A stretch of DNA of 64,000 nt from an uncultured Coprobacillus sp. (GTDB taxonomy: Bacteria; Bacillota_I; Bacilli_A; ML615J-28; CAG-698), in contig CAYLPZ010000003.1 in the NCBI GenBank assembly GCA_964385755.1, positions 65,052 through 129,051 on the forward strand. The letters are read 5' to 3'. The position numbers were made by a program, and so were the translations under genes. Numbering within the stretch: position 1 is the first letter of the stretch; each line of letters starts with the position of its first letter. The notes under the pieces are model-generated. The model searched no databases. It saw nothing but the letters and a program-made list of their open reading frames with translations, and was not told the DNA's origin. This document shows positions 39,897 through 50,131 of this stretch, piece after piece.

Positions 39897-41573
39897 TTAT
39901 TGCATTTCTACTGCTTCTGCTTGACTATAGAAATACGCACTATAAATACCTTCTGCGTTGAATCTACTAGAAAATGATCCATCATTATAATATTCCTGGA
40001 AAGTTAAATAATGTGTATCTGTGAACACTGCGACACAAACATCATTATATCCTTTCGCATCAAAACCATTTTCGAAAATTACAACTCGACCTACTCCTCT
40101 ATTCACTTTACCAGATGATGAAACATAAGTACCATCAAGATCAATATCAAACTCATGATACTCTCCACCTTTAAATGGAATTGCATTTACATAACCATCA
40201 GTACGAGAATACGTTGAATATTGACGAGCATTCAATCCAAATATATTAAAAATCTCTCGATAGTTTTTTGATTTTGCATAATTTGCGGGGAAAGAATTAA
40301 AAGCAATATAATAATTTATTACATCAATAGGATCAACCATCATAGCATCTTTCATAGAACTAATATTTTCAAGCACATATGCTGGTGTGTAATATGTATA
40401 TGTTTTTTCTTCATTTACAACATATCCACTATCAGTGTATGTTACGCTTGTTGGATACGTTACTTGTGATACACCAGGTACTAAAGATCCTTCATAAGGT
40501 TTTAAATTAATTCTTTTTCTTTCTTCTCCAACATTTTTTCTTTCTATTTCATTAATTACTTTAGTACAGTAATGTATTACTATTTTTACTAAAGTGATGT
40601 CATCAATAGTTGTTTCAATTCTAAAGTAATCGGCACCTTTTAGTTCAAAATTAATCGTATCCTCATAATCAGCTTTGGGTGCATCAATATAATTATAAAA
40701 TAAATAATCTTCCGAATAACCAACTTTAAAGCCAGAACTGCATTGATATGTTATATCTATTGATTCAATGTCACCATAAGCGGTTTTATTTTGAAATGTT
40801 CCAGGGATTGCATCATAATTCATGTCATTTGATGATATGATAGTACAATCTGAAATGCGAATGAACACAAACTCATGTCCATAGCTATATAAAGACCCAA
40901 AGTTTCCAGTTTGATATTTTCCTTCCGAAAAATATTCAATTTCATCATGATAAATTGCTTCTAATTTTGAAAGCACTGTATCATTATGTTGTAAAACAGA
41001 ATAATCGTTTAGAAAATAGCCTTCATTATTACTTTCAATTTTTCCTCTAACTACAATAAAATCATTTTTATTAATACTTATCTCAAGAGGTATTAATGAT
41101 GGTGATAGCGTAAACTCTATTTCGTCTTCACTTTTACATTTTATCAGAAATTCATCTGTTACAATTCCACAAATTGTATATTCGTTACCTATTACTATAT
41201 TTCTAAAATTTTCTGTTTCGAAAATAGTACTAGGAAAAGCAATACGTGGAAGAGAGTTGCCTCTGCCATATCCACATATACTACATTGATACATTTCTTC
41301 TCCATATGTAAAATATGTTGGTTCTTTTCTGCTTATTAGAATCATCTGATGTTCATAAATAGTACTACCTTCAAAGGTATCACTTGATATCTCACCGCAT
41401 TCACAATGATAATAATAATGAGGTTTTTCACCACATATTGTCTTATAAGCTAAATATTCACTTGTTTCTTCTTTAATATCAAATGTATGCTTATGTCCTA
41501 TCTCACAACTTGAGAGTAAACACAAAAAGAATATCAAAGCTAAATAATGTAATATCTTTTTATTCATAATCAT
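39897..41573 (-). CDS. large secreted lipoprotein with N-terminal Cys-rich (CxC...CxxC) region, unknown function
   Basis: Lipobox LLSSCEIG. Cys cluster HCECGEIS...CSICGYG. No recognisable catalytic domain. Confidence 0.45.
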   Translation of the reverse strand: MIMNKKILHYLALIFFLCLLSSCEIGHKHTFDIKEETSEYLAYKTICGEKPHYYYHCECGEISSDTFEGSTIYEHQMILISRKEPTYFTYGEEMYQCSICGYGRGNSLPRIAFPSTIFETENFRNIVIGNEYTICGIVTDEFLIKCKSEDEIEFTLSPSLIPLEISINKNDFIVVRGKIESNNEGYFLNDYSVLQHNDTVLSKLEAIYHDEIEYFSEGKYQTGNFGSLYSYGHEFVFIRISDCTIISSNDMNYDAIPGTFQNKTAYGDIESIDITYQCSSGFKVGYSEDYLFYNYIDAPKADYEDTINFELKGADYFRIETTIDDITLVKIVIHYCTKVINEIERKNVGEERKRINLKPYEGSLVPGVSQVTYPTSVTYTDSGYVVNEEKTYTYYTPAYVLENISSMKDAMMVDPIDVINYYIAFNSFPANYAKSKNYREIFNIFGLNARQYSTYSRTDGYVNAIPFKGGEYHEFDIDLDGTYVSSSGKVNRGVGRVVIFENGFDAKGYNDVCVAVFTDTHYLTFQEYYNDGSFSSRFNAEGIYSAYFYSQAEAVEMQ

Positions 41574-41701
41574 GTTTTTCCTTTTCTATAAATATCATTT
41601 ACTATTACTTATTCTATCATTTTATGTAATAATAAACAATTGTTATTTTTATCAATCAAAAAAATCATCCGAAATGAATGATTTTTACTATTAAAATAAC
41701 A

Positions 41702-42640
41702 TTAACTTATTACTGGTTTTTTAAGTGGGGCGATTTGTTTCATCAAAATTGGATGAATAACAATTTCTTTTTGCTTTTGAGGATTATTGTAACTGACATC
41801 AAGTGTACAAACAATATGATACCAATCACCTTTGTTAAGTTTTAATCCTAAGTCATTATATGCAAGGTGCCCATAAAACTGAATGTCTTCTGCACAACAA
41901 TTCATTACGCTTCTTCCAGGAATAAATGTATTTTTTGGAAGTTCTGGAGAAGTGTAAATAATTGCATTGAACACAATTTGCTTACCTAAATATCTATCAA
42001 GATTATCAAATGTATCCATGTACCAAACTGCATAGTCGTTATCTTCAATCTCAATCACATCCGCATTAACATTGAAAGGAAGTTCATCTTCTAAATAACT
42101 AATGAATGAACCATCTGTTCTTTGAAATGCATACATTGCATCTTTATTAATCATCATCAGTGATCTTTTAAAATTTGCTAGAGACTTCTCATCTTCACAA
42201 CGATTAAAAATAACAACTTCAGAACCTCTAATCATCTCACTTACTTTTTGTCGCATATTATTATAATAAACTGAAAATGAGTTAGCATCAATCATTGTAA
42301 TTTGTTGGCATACCATACATATTCTTGGGTATTTAATTTTAGTTAAATCCCACATACCATTCATTTCAATGACGATACGTTGAGGTCTATCAATTCGAAC
42401 AAAGTCTTCAATAACATCTTTATTAATGTCTTCAACTTTTTCGATCTCTCTTACAACTGTATTATAATTTTTTAGTTTTTCTAAATTGTACTCAACTTCA
42501 CCAAACTCACAAGTAATAATTAATGTTTTTCCATTTTTATAAAAATTATCACTTGTGACTGTTTCTTCAATATATGTTGTCTTTCCACTCTCAAGAAATC
42601 CATTAACGATAAATGTAGGAATTGCTCTCAAGGTAATCAC
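41702..42640 (-). CDS. COG0523 (CobW/ZigA/ZNG1-like) GTPase paralog with degenerate motifs
   Basis: P-loop GFLESGKTT, then ITCEFGEVEY (like the ENEFGE switch). The CobW C-terminal-like domain is present, but the canonical CxCC metal site is missing (ICMVCQQ instead). Confidence 0.5.
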   Translation of the reverse strand: MITLRAIPTFIVNGFLESGKTTYIEETVTSDNFYKNGKTLIITCEFGEVEYNLEKLKNYNTVVREIEKVEDINKDVIEDFVRIDRPQRIVIEMNGMWDLTKIKYPRICMVCQQITMIDANSFSVYYNNMRQKVSEMIRGSEVVIFNRCEDEKSLANFKRSLMMINKDAMYAFQRTDGSFISYLEDELPFNVNADVIEIEDNDYAVWYMDTFDNLDRYLGKQIVFNAIIYTSPELPKNTFIPGRSVMNCCAEDIQFYGHLAYNDLGLKLNKGDWYHIVCTLDVSYNNPQKQKEIVIHPILMKQIAPLKKPVIS

Positions 42641-42643
42641 CTT

Positions 42644-44008
42644 CTATTTGTTAAATAGATTGCTAATTCTATCTTCATCAAGATGCGAACCAATAACACA
42701 TACTCTACCAGTATAATCAGCATCGCCTAAACGAATTTCATAGTCCCCAGCAACATAATCAAAATAATACCATTTTTCATTATCTGATGCTTTAATAATA
42801 CCTTTACTTCTTAAAACTTCACCTATTGACTCATCTTTTAAAGCCTCTAAGAAAGTAGTAAGTTCTTCTTTACTTTTTGCTTTAGCTGTTTCGATTCCCC
42901 AACTAGTAAATACTTCATCAGCATCATGGTGATGATGGCATGAACATTCTGGATCATCACATTCTCCCTCATGGTGGTGGTGATGATGACATGAACATTC
43001 TGGATCATCACATTCTCCCTCATGGTGGTGGTGATGACAACATTCATGTTCGTCTTCATCGTGGTGATGGTGGTGACAGCATTCATGTTCTTCATCTTCA
43101 TCGTGGTGATGGTGGTGACAACATTCATGTTCGTCTCCCTCATGGTGGTGGTGACAGCATTCATGTTCATCATCTTTCTCATGGTGGTGGTGACAGCATT
43201 CATGTTCTTCATCTTCATCATGGTGATGGTGGTGACAACATTCATGTTCTTCATCTTCATCATGGTGATGGTGGTGACAACATTCATGTTCATCTTCATC
43301 GTGATGATGGTGGTGACATGAGCATTCTGGATCATCACATTCTCCCTCATGGTGGTGGTGATGTCTATCTTCTTTCGCTTGTTTTTGTAAGTCTTCAAGC
43401 ATTGTGTTTAGTAAATCAACTTTTGATTCTAAAGTAGATAATAATTTTTCACCATCTAACTCTTTAAGAGATGTTGTAATAATTGTAGAATTACCATTAA
43501 TTGATTTTAAAACTTCTAATGTTTCATTAAGTTTATTCACATCTATCTTATCTACTTTCGCAACCACTATTGTATTAGCTTCAGAAACTTGATCGATAAA
43601 GAACTCACCGAAGTTTCGTGCATACATTTTAGCTTTTCCACCATCTACAACAGTTGCAACAATATTTAAAACAAGTTTGTCACTATGCTTTGCACAAGCT
43701 TTTTTAATGTCAGATAGTTTTCCAACTCCAGATGGTTCAATAATTATACGTTCTGGTGCATATTTTTCTATTACTTCATCTAATGATTTATTAAAGTCAC
43801 CAACTAATGAACAGCATATACAACCACTATTTATTTCTTTAATATTAATGCCTGATTCTTTTAAGAAAGAACCATCGACACCAATTTCTCCAAATTCATT
43901 TTCAATAAGTACTATTTTCTCTTTTTTAAAAGCTTCTGCGAATAGTTTTTGAATAAGTGTTGTTTTACCAGCTCCTAAAAAACCTGATATAATATCTAGT
44001 TTAATCAT
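42644..44008 (-). CDS. COG0523 metallochaperone GTPase with ~150-aa His/Cys/Asp/Glu-rich repetitive insertion
   Basis: GFLGAGKTT, ENEFGEIGVD and the GCICCS metal-binding motif are present. A run of about 12 repeats follows (HECCHHHHHDEDEE, EGECDDPECSCHHHH), and then the CobW C-terminal domain. Confidence 0.7.
   Translation of the reverse strand: MIKLDIISGFLGAGKTTLIQKLFAEAFKKEKIVLIENEFGEIGVDGSFLKESGINIKEINSGCICCSLVGDFNKSLDEVIEKYAPERIIIEPSGVGKLSDIKKACAKHSDKLVLNIVATVVDGGKAKMYARNFGEFFIDQVSEANTIVVAKVDKIDVNKLNETLEVLKSINGNSTIITTSLKELDGEKLLSTLESKVDLLNTMLEDLQKQAKEDRHHHHHEGECDDPECSCHHHHHDEDEHECCHHHHHDEDEEHECCHHHHHDEDEEHECCHHHHEKDDEHECCHHHHEGDEHECCHHHHHDEDEEHECCHHHHHDEDEHECCHHHHHEGECDDPECSCHHHHHHEGECDDPECSCHHHHDADEVFTSWGIETAKAKSKEELTTFLEALKDESIGEVLRSKGIIKASDNEKWYYFDYVAGDYEIRLGDADYTGRVCVIGSHLDEDRISNLFNK
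42925..43360. repeat. intragenic tandem repeat (units ~36-48 bp, ~10-12 copies) encoding the His/Cys-rich region
   Basis: Visible periodic recurrence of catgaacattctggatcatcacattctccctcatggtggtggtgatg and catgttcttcatcttcatcgtggtgatggtggtgac. It produces spurious long ORFs in several frames (42847..43398, 42940..43437, 43022..43321). Confidence 0.7.
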
Positions 44009-44062
44009 TTTACATTACTTCCTTTTCTTTATATATTATTAGCTTTTTTTAAATAATTATAT

Positions 44063-44605
44063 TTATATATTATGACCTAGTTCATAAGCTTTTGCCATAA
44101 CTCTATCAAGTTGTAGAACATCTTTTGGATTTTCTGCTCCTCCTGTTGATAATATGCCTTTTAAGCTTGCTTTTTCAAAGCAATCAACCCAACCCTGCAA
44201 TCCTTGGTAGGCTTTTGTAAAAGTATCCTTTTCTGTATCTGCAGCACAAGCAATCATATATACTTCTCTAAATTTATAATCAGAGTAATATAAAGGATTA
44301 AGTCTATCTAACAAGACTTTCATTTGTCCACTCATCTCATAATAATAAATTGGAGTAGAAAATACAATGACATCTGAATTTTTGACTTTTTCTAATATTT
44401 CTTTAACATCATCTTGATGAATACACTTTTGAGTTTTCTTACAAGATAAACATCCAATACAAAAATTTAATTTTTTTCCTTTTAATGAAACTAGTTCAAC
44501 TTCATGTCCTGCTTCAATTGCTCCTTTTTGACATTCTAAAGCAAGTAGTTCTGAGTTACTTCCTGAACGCAAACTTGTACTAATTACTAATACTTTCTTC
44601 ATCAT
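44063..44605 (-). CDS. iron-sulfur flavoprotein (Isf family; flavodoxin-like FMN reductase fold with compact 4-Cys cluster)
   Basis: The N-terminus VLVISTSLRSGSNS is NADPH-dependent FMN reductase-like. FCIGCLSCKKTQKC is the CX2CX2CX5C motif characteristic of Isf. Confidence 0.6.
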   Translation of the reverse strand: MMKKVLVISTSLRSGSNSELLALECQKGAIEAGHEVELVSLKGKKLNFCIGCLSCKKTQKCIHQDDVKEILEKVKNSDVIVFSTPIYYYEMSGQMKVLLDRLNPLYYSDYKFREVYMIACAADTEKDTFTKAYQGLQGWVDCFEKASLKGILSTGGAENPKDVLQLDRVMAKAYELGHNI

Positions 44606-44692
44606 TATTACTTCCTTCTTTATTATTTTTTGTTTATATATATATTATTATAATACTTTTATTTATTTTTCTCAATATACAATTATAGTCGA

Positions 44693-45334
44693 TTATTCAT
44701 TCCATTCTTTGTAAAACTCATTTAAAAATGTTATCATAAAGTCATGTCTTTCACAAGCAATCCTCTTTCCTTCGCTTGTTGTCATCATATCTTTTAAGAG
44801 TAATAATTTTTCATAAAAATGATTAATACTTGTAGAAGTACTAGAGCGTTTTTGATATTCTTCTTTTGTCATATTCATAATAGGTCTATTTAATGGATCA
44901 TAAATAGGCCTGTTACGTGACCCACCAAAAGCAAAAGTTCTTGCAATTCCGATTGCGCCGAGAGCATCTATTCTATCAGCATCTTGTACACACTTTCCTT
45001 CAATAGAACTTGGTTCTTTGCTTTCACTGCCTTTAAAAGATACTTCTTCTATTATTTCACATATTCTATTAATATCTTCTTCACATACATTCTCACTATT
45101 TAATATTTTTCTTGCGTTGTTTTTATTTTCATAAGTATCAAATATCTTATAATCATCAACATCATGAAGTAGTGATGCTAATGAAACTATATAAATATCT
45201 GCTTTTTCTTTTATAGCGATTTTTCTTGCAAGATTATATACTCTTTTTGTATGATAATAATCATGACCAGTATTATCATTTTTTAAAAATTTTTCTACTG
45301 CTATTTTTACATTATCAATAATTGCATTATTCAT
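44693..45334 (-). CDS. HD-domain phosphohydrolase
   Basis: The H...HD...D metal ligands are present (YYHTKRV, LLHDVDD, DADRIDALG). Confidence 0.65.
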   Translation of the reverse strand: MNNAIIDNVKIAVEKFLKNDNTGHDYYHTKRVYNLARKIAIKEKADIYIVSLASLLHDVDDYKIFDTYENKNNARKILNSENVCEEDINRICEIIEEVSFKGSESKEPSSIEGKCVQDADRIDALGAIGIARTFAFGGSRNRPIYDPLNRPIMNMTKEEYQKRSSTSTSINHFYEKLLLLKDMMTTSEGKRIACERHDFMITFLNEFYKEWNE

Positions 45335-45335
45335 T

Positions 45336-45698
45336 TTATTTCCTCAAATGACTTAGTTTTTCTTTCCATTCTTTTTCATCAAATCCAACTAAAACATTTT
45401 CTTCACAAACTAAAAGTGGCCTTTTTACTAATTTACCATTGCTAGAAAGTAAAATAAGCATTTCTTCTTCACTCATATTAACAAGTGTTTCTTTTAGATT
45501 CATTTCTTTATAAACTACTCCACTTGTATTAAAAAATCTTTTCAAAGGAAGTGAAGACATCTTATACCACTTTTTTAATTCATCATACGTTGGATTTTCG
45601 GTAATTATATCTCTTTTGATTACATCTATATTATTATTTTGTAAAAAATTATAAGCTTTATTACATGTTGAACATTTTGAATAACAAATAAATAACAT
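45336..45698 (-). CDS. ArsC/Spx-family protein (thioredoxin-like fold, N-terminal CxxC)
   Basis: The N-terminal YSKCSTCNKA is CxxC. RPLLVCEENVLVGFDEKEW matches the ArsC/Spx/YffB C-terminal pattern. The protein is 120 aa. Confidence 0.6.
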   Translation of the reverse strand: MLFICYSKCSTCNKAYNFLQNNNIDVIKRDIITENPTYDELKKWYKMSSLPLKRFFNTSGVVYKEMNLKETLVNMSEEEMLILLSSNGKLVKRPLLVCEENVLVGFDEKEWKEKLSHLRK

Positions 45699-45775
45699 TT
45701 CATTAATTCTCCTTTATATATATTTTATCACTTTTTACGATAAATTAATATTAAAAATAATTAATGCTATGCTTT

Positions 45776-45815
45776 TTGCTAAAAATAAAAAACAAACATA
45801 GTATTAAAATAATAC
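45776..45815 (-). terminator. intrinsic terminator after DUF2807 lipoprotein gene
   Basis: The imperfect 14-bp stem AACAAACATAGTATT/TAATACTACATTTGTT is followed by UUUUUUAUUUUU on the minus strand. Confidence 0.45.
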
Positions 45816-45835
45816 TACATTTGTTCGATTATCAA

Positions 45836-46768
45836 CTATTTTTTATTTACTGTACTTCCGCCGCTACTAACTACATCCATTATTCCATCTAAAGTTTCGT
45901 ATTCAAGTTTACTTGCGCCGGATAGTTTTGCTTCAAACAAAGATATAAACGATAGTTCTAATAAAGATGCGGAAGAAATAGTTGCTTTACCACTATTTAA
46001 CGTCATATCAAACATTTTAACACTTGATGCACCAGATGCATCAATTGAACCATATGTTGCAATGCCAGAAGTAATAATTTTTGATGCACCACTTAATTTA
46101 AATTTTAAATTATTAATACTACTATCAATAATTTCAGCATATGAGGCACCACTAAGCTCAACATCGATATTTTCAAATATGTTCGTATTTGAAACTAAAC
46201 TAGATACTCCACTTAAATCAATATCTGCCTCTATAGCTTTTATATGCTCAATTTTCATTGATGATGCACCGCTTAAACTAATAAATAATTCTTGTGTTTC
46301 AATTTCATCGACTATAACACTTGAAGCACCTGAAAAGTCTAAATCTAACTTAGTAATTGACATAGAGCTTTTAGATATTCTTCCTGTAACATTTGCAAGA
46401 TCAATTTCATTAAAAGTATATCCATAAACGTAAATCTCTATTTTTTTAGTAACATAGTTTTTATATTTATTTCCAGAAATAATTAATTCATTACCAATCT
46501 TGTTAACACTAATTTCCTCAAGTAAATCAACAGATGCTTTTATCACAACTTTATTATCTTCGTTTGCTTCTTTATCAATTATATATACATTAGGCCCGAA
46601 AAAATTTCCTTGTTGTCTTAAGTGAATATCTTTTATCTCTAGTTCATTTACATCAACTATATTATATACTTTTTCTGAAAATTCTTCTGATACTTCTTGA
46701 TCACTTCTACAACCAATCATTGTTATAATAAAAATAAAACAAGTAATAAAAAATATGATTTTTTTCAT
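45836..46768 (-). CDS. DUF2807/GIN-domain (putative adhesin head) lipoprotein
   Basis: Lipobox MIGCRSD. The repeated beta-strand pattern LSGASS / SGAS every ~20 aa is typical of DUF2807. Confidence 0.5.
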   Translation of the reverse strand: MKKIIFFITCFIFIITMIGCRSDQEVSEEFSEKVYNIVDVNELEIKDIHLRQQGNFFGPNVYIIDKEANEDNKVVIKASVDLLEEISVNKIGNELIISGNKYKNYVTKKIEIYVYGYTFNEIDLANVTGRISKSSMSITKLDLDFSGASSVIVDEIETQELFISLSGASSMKIEHIKAIEADIDLSGVSSLVSNTNIFENIDVELSGASYAEIIDSSINNLKFKLSGASKIITSGIATYGSIDASGASSVKMFDMTLNSGKATISSASLLELSFISLFEAKLSGASKLEYETLDGIMDVVSSGGSTVNKK

Positions 46769-46993
46769 TTATATATCTCCTTTTACAATTATCTAAAAAA
46801 TAAATTTTCCATAATTTATTTTATCTCATTTTTTCCCACTTTTACATAATATTTTTCTCTTTAATAAATCTATGTTAAAGTATTATTATATAAAGCCAAC
46901 AGTTTTGATTTTCAGTTGGCTTTTCTTTATTGTTCTTCTATTGCATGGATTACATATTTAATTTGGAATTAGATGAGTTGCTTATCAATTAAT

Positions 46994-47848
46994 CTATTCC
47001 TCCTCTTCATAATAATATGAGTAATCTATTCCTTTCATAAATATATCTCTATCTTTAATATTATCAGTTAATGCTTTATTTAATAAATCGAATATAGGTT
47101 TAGAATTTGTTGGACTTAATTTCATCGCATTTAAGTAATCATTTTTTTCAATTTTAGACCAATCAATGCATTTTTGAATTCTTTCTTTCAATAATAAATC
47201 AAGCCAAATTCTAGTAGATCTTCCATTGCCTTCCATAAATGGATGAGCAATATTCATTTCAATATACTTATCTATTATTTTTGTAAATGTATCATCAGGC
47301 ATTTTATCGATATCAAGTAGCACTTGTGACAAATAATCACCATTAGCAAAAACAAAACCGGCTTTAGATATAGTTTTAGTTCTAATTTGACCTGCAAAAT
47401 CATAGATACCTTCAAATAAATAAGCATGTATTTGTTGTAACAATTTGGTTTTACCTACATATAATAAATCTAATATATTAGATTCAAATAAAGTTTGAGC
47501 CTTCCTTTTGCTCTGCTCATCTATTGGATCCATACTTCCAGCAACCCAATTATTAAAATCTAGATTGTTTTTGTTTTTCAAGATGATACCAAGTCTTTTA
47601 ACACCAGACTCATCAATCACATCATTCAGATATTTTTTGCCATCATTTGAATATAATTTTAGTTGTCTACAAAATGTATTCAACTCTGGATTTCTTCTTT
47701 TTATGGCATTCCAGTATATTCTTGGATTTTTTGAATCTGTTAAAGCAAAAACAATATCAGTTGCGGAATACCACCACTTATTATTTTCATTATCCCAAAT
47801 TGCTCTTACCTGTTTGTTTAAAAATGTTCTAATCGAATGTTTAATCAT
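46994..47848 (-). CDS. BRO-N domain + Fic (Fido) domain protein
   Basis: The N-terminal VRAIWDNENNKWWYSATDIVFAL is BRO-N / antirepressor-like. The C-terminal HPFMEGNGRSTR is the canonical Fic motif HxFx(D/E)GNGRxxR. Confidence 0.7.
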   Translation of the reverse strand: MIKHSIRTFLNKQVRAIWDNENNKWWYSATDIVFALTDSKNPRIYWNAIKRRNPELNTFCRQLKLYSNDGKKYLNDVIDESGVKRLGIILKNKNNLDFNNWVAGSMDPIDEQSKRKAQTLFESNILDLLYVGKTKLLQQIHAYLFEGIYDFAGQIRTKTISKAGFVFANGDYLSQVLLDIDKMPDDTFTKIIDKYIEMNIAHPFMEGNGRSTRIWLDLLLKERIQKCIDWSKIEKNDYLNAMKLSPTNSKPIFDLLNKALTDNIKDRDIFMKGIDYSYYYEEEE

Positions 47849-48003
47849 ACATAAATTATATCATAATTAATTTTAGTTGTCTACAATTTGTATACAACTA
47901 TGATATTTCTTTAACTCATACTCTAATTATTCCGAAATTATAGGCTAAATAAATAGAATATATTCCTTGTTATTACTTTTGTAGTTTTGTTTGACATGTT
48001 TTC

Positions 48004-48227
48004 TTACACATATGTATACCTTTTTTTATAATCATCAAATGACATCTTATTAATTTCTGATATCAATGAGTGATTATTTATTTGTTCTTCAACATAATGC
48101 CATCCACATACTGTGCAAAAATCATCTTCCATCTTTATTCCTTCTTTAATCTCTTCATCAGAAAGAGTTTCAAAATAATAACCACTGCAAACAGGACATA
48201 ATGTTTTTTTTACTTTATTTCACCCAT
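48004..48227 (-). pseudogene. small zinc-ribbon protein gene (LCPVCSGYY...CTVCGWHY) lacking an in-frame start in this copy
   Basis: The 69-aa frame has two CxxC pairs. An intact homologous start MGRNKVKKILCPICSGYYFE exists in repeat copy B at 50026. Here a 1-nt difference (ggtgaaat vs ggtagaaat) puts the ATG out of frame. Confidence 0.3.
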
Positions 48228-48352
48228 ATTTTTCCTCTTTTTTGTTCGAGCTAGGTTACCTAGCTTCGTAATATTAAATTTACAAAAAACTAATGTTCTG
48301 AGTAAATTTCTTATCTTGTTGATAAAGATAGACAACTAATTAATTTTTAATT
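48122..48352. repeat. mosaic intergenic repeat, copy A (segment Y)
   Basis: About 230 bp, roughly 93 % identical to 49913-50131. Confidence 0.6.
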
Positions 48353-48437
48353 AAAATATTTTTAAACCTTATATTATATTTCTGCAAAATTCTTACTTAA
48401 AATAATATATAATATAGTAAATGTGTTTTTATTTTTT

Positions 48438-48534
48438 GTAACTTGTGACAATTTTGTAAAGTGTTATACTTGCTTTTTAAGGTTTTTTTGGTATAATATT
48501 TTTGTAAAGCGTAACTTGTGACAATTTTGTAAAG
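48438..48534 (+). promoter_or_regulatory. two 24-bp direct repeats GTAACTTGTGACAATTTTGTAAAG bracketing a promoter (-35 TTGCTT 48470-48475, 16 nt, extended -10 TGgTATAAT 48489-48497) for the ATPase gene
   Basis: Exact repeat copies at 48438-48461 and 48511-48534; the second overlaps the RBS AAGGTG. Confidence 0.45.
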
Positions 48535-48546
48535 TAAGGTGCAACT

Positions 48547-49800
48547 ATGATAATTAAAAGAGATTTATATTTAAACAAATTGATTGAACGAAAGCATAAT
48601 GGTTTAATCAAAGTGATTACTGGAATTCGTAGATGTGGAAAATCTTTTCTTTTATTTAAACTTTTTAAAAATCATTTACTATCTGAAGGTGTAAAAGAAG
48701 ACCACATCATAGAACTTAACTTTGATGATTTTGATAATGAAGAATACCAAAATCCGAAAGTTACTTCCCCTTATTTAAAAGGTAAAGTTGTTGATTCAGA
48801 TATGTATTATTTTTTATTAGATGAAATTCAACTTCTTGGTAAATTCGAAGCTGTTTTAAATGGTTTATTAAGACTTGATAATGTTGATATTTATGTTACC
48901 GGAAGTAATGCTAAATTTTTATCTAAAGATGTAATAACAGAATTTAGAGGACGTGGTGATCAAGTTCATATTTATCCACTTTCTTTTAAAGAATTCTTTG
49001 AAGCTAGAAATATTGATAGAATGACTGCTCTTGAAGAATACTTAACATATGGTGGTATTCCTTTAATATTATCAATGCAAACACATGAAGCTAAATCCAA
49101 CTTTTTACATAACCTCTTTATTGAAACTTACTTAAAAGATATTATCAATAGAAACAATTTAACCAACAATAATGAATTAAAAGAATTAGTAAATATTGTT
49201 TCTTCTTCTATTGGTTCATTAACAAACCCAACTAAACTATCTAATACCTTTAAAAGTGTTAAAAACATAAACTTGTCCGTTCCAACAATCAGCAAATACT
49301 TAGAATATTTAACTGATTCATTTTTAATACATAAGGCAATTCGTTATAATATTAAAGGCAGAAAATATATTGATACTCCAAGTAAATATTATTTTTCAGA
49401 TCTTGGCATTAGAAACGCTTCTATTAACTTCCGTCAAAATGAAAAAACTCATTTAATGGAAAACTTAATTTATAACGAATTATTAATTAGGGGATATAAT
49501 GTAGATGTTGGTGAAGTTCCTTTGGTTGTTAGAGATGAAAACAAAACACAAATTAGAAAGACATTAGAAGTTGATTTTGTATGCAACCTAATTGATAAAC
49601 GATTATATATTCAATCAGCATATTCATTATATGATGAAGAAAAATACCTTCAAGAAACACGATCTCTTTTAAACATTAAAGATAATTTTAGAAAGATAAT
49701 TATCACATATGATTATGGTCGTAAACATTATACTAATGATGGTATTATTATCATGAGTTTATTTGATTTCTTACTTGATCCTGATTCATTAAATTATTAG
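48547..49800 (+). CDS. COG1373 AAA+ ATPase (AAA_14 + DUF4143 architecture)
   Basis: Walker A ITGIRRCGKSFLL and Walker B-like YYFLLDEIQ. Length 417 aa. Confidence 0.65.
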   Translation: MIIKRDLYLNKLIERKHNGLIKVITGIRRCGKSFLLFKLFKNHLLSEGVKEDHIIELNFDDFDNEEYQNPKVTSPYLKGKVVDSDMYYFLLDEIQLLGKFEAVLNGLLRLDNVDIYVTGSNAKFLSKDVITEFRGRGDQVHIYPLSFKEFFEARNIDRMTALEEYLTYGGIPLILSMQTHEAKSNFLHNLFIETYLKDIINRNNLTNNNELKELVNIVSSSIGSLTNPTKLSNTFKSVKNINLSVPTISKYLEYLTDSFLIHKAIRYNIKGRKYIDTPSKYYFSDLGIRNASINFRQNEKTHLMENLIYNELLIRGYNVDVGEVPLVVRDENKTQIRKTLEVDFVCNLIDKRLYIQSAYSLYDEEKYLQETRSLLNIKDNFRKIIITYDYGRKHYTNDGIIIMSLFDFLLDPDSLNY

Positions 49801-49843
49801 TCTATTTGCAATAATAGGCTTTTTCTTTACTTTAATTATTAAA

Positions 49844-50131
49844 TTTCAGCTTCTAATTCTTCTTTTGATATTAATCCTTCTTCAATTAACCTATTAAGTT
49901 CGGCTTTTTTCATTTTCCATCTATATTCCTTCTTTAATCTCTTCATCAGAAAGACTTTCAAAATAATAGCCACTGCAAATAGGACATAATATTTTTTTTA
50001 CTTTATTTCTACCCATATTTTTCTCCTTTTTGTTTGAGCTTGGTTACCTAGCTTCGTAAGATTAAATTTACAAAAAACTAATGTTTTGAGTTAATTTCTT
50101 ATCTTGTTGCTAAAGATAGACAACTAATTAA
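49844..50131. repeat. mosaic intergenic repeat, copy B (segments X+Y)
   Basis: 49844-49927 matches 51996-52080 (segment X) and 49913-50131 matches 48122-48352 (segment Y). On the minus strand it encodes MGRNKVKKILCPICSGYYFESLSDEEIKEGI* and, in another frame, ...EYRWKMKKAELNRLIEEGLISKEELEAEI*. Confidence 0.6.

Noticed and set aside
42847-43437. Multiple long ORFs on both strands (42847..43398 -, 42940..43437 +, 43022..43321 +)
   Set aside because: They are artefacts of the His/Cys codon tandem repeat: GTG/ATG/CAT-rich repeats stay open in many frames. The real gene is 42644..44008.
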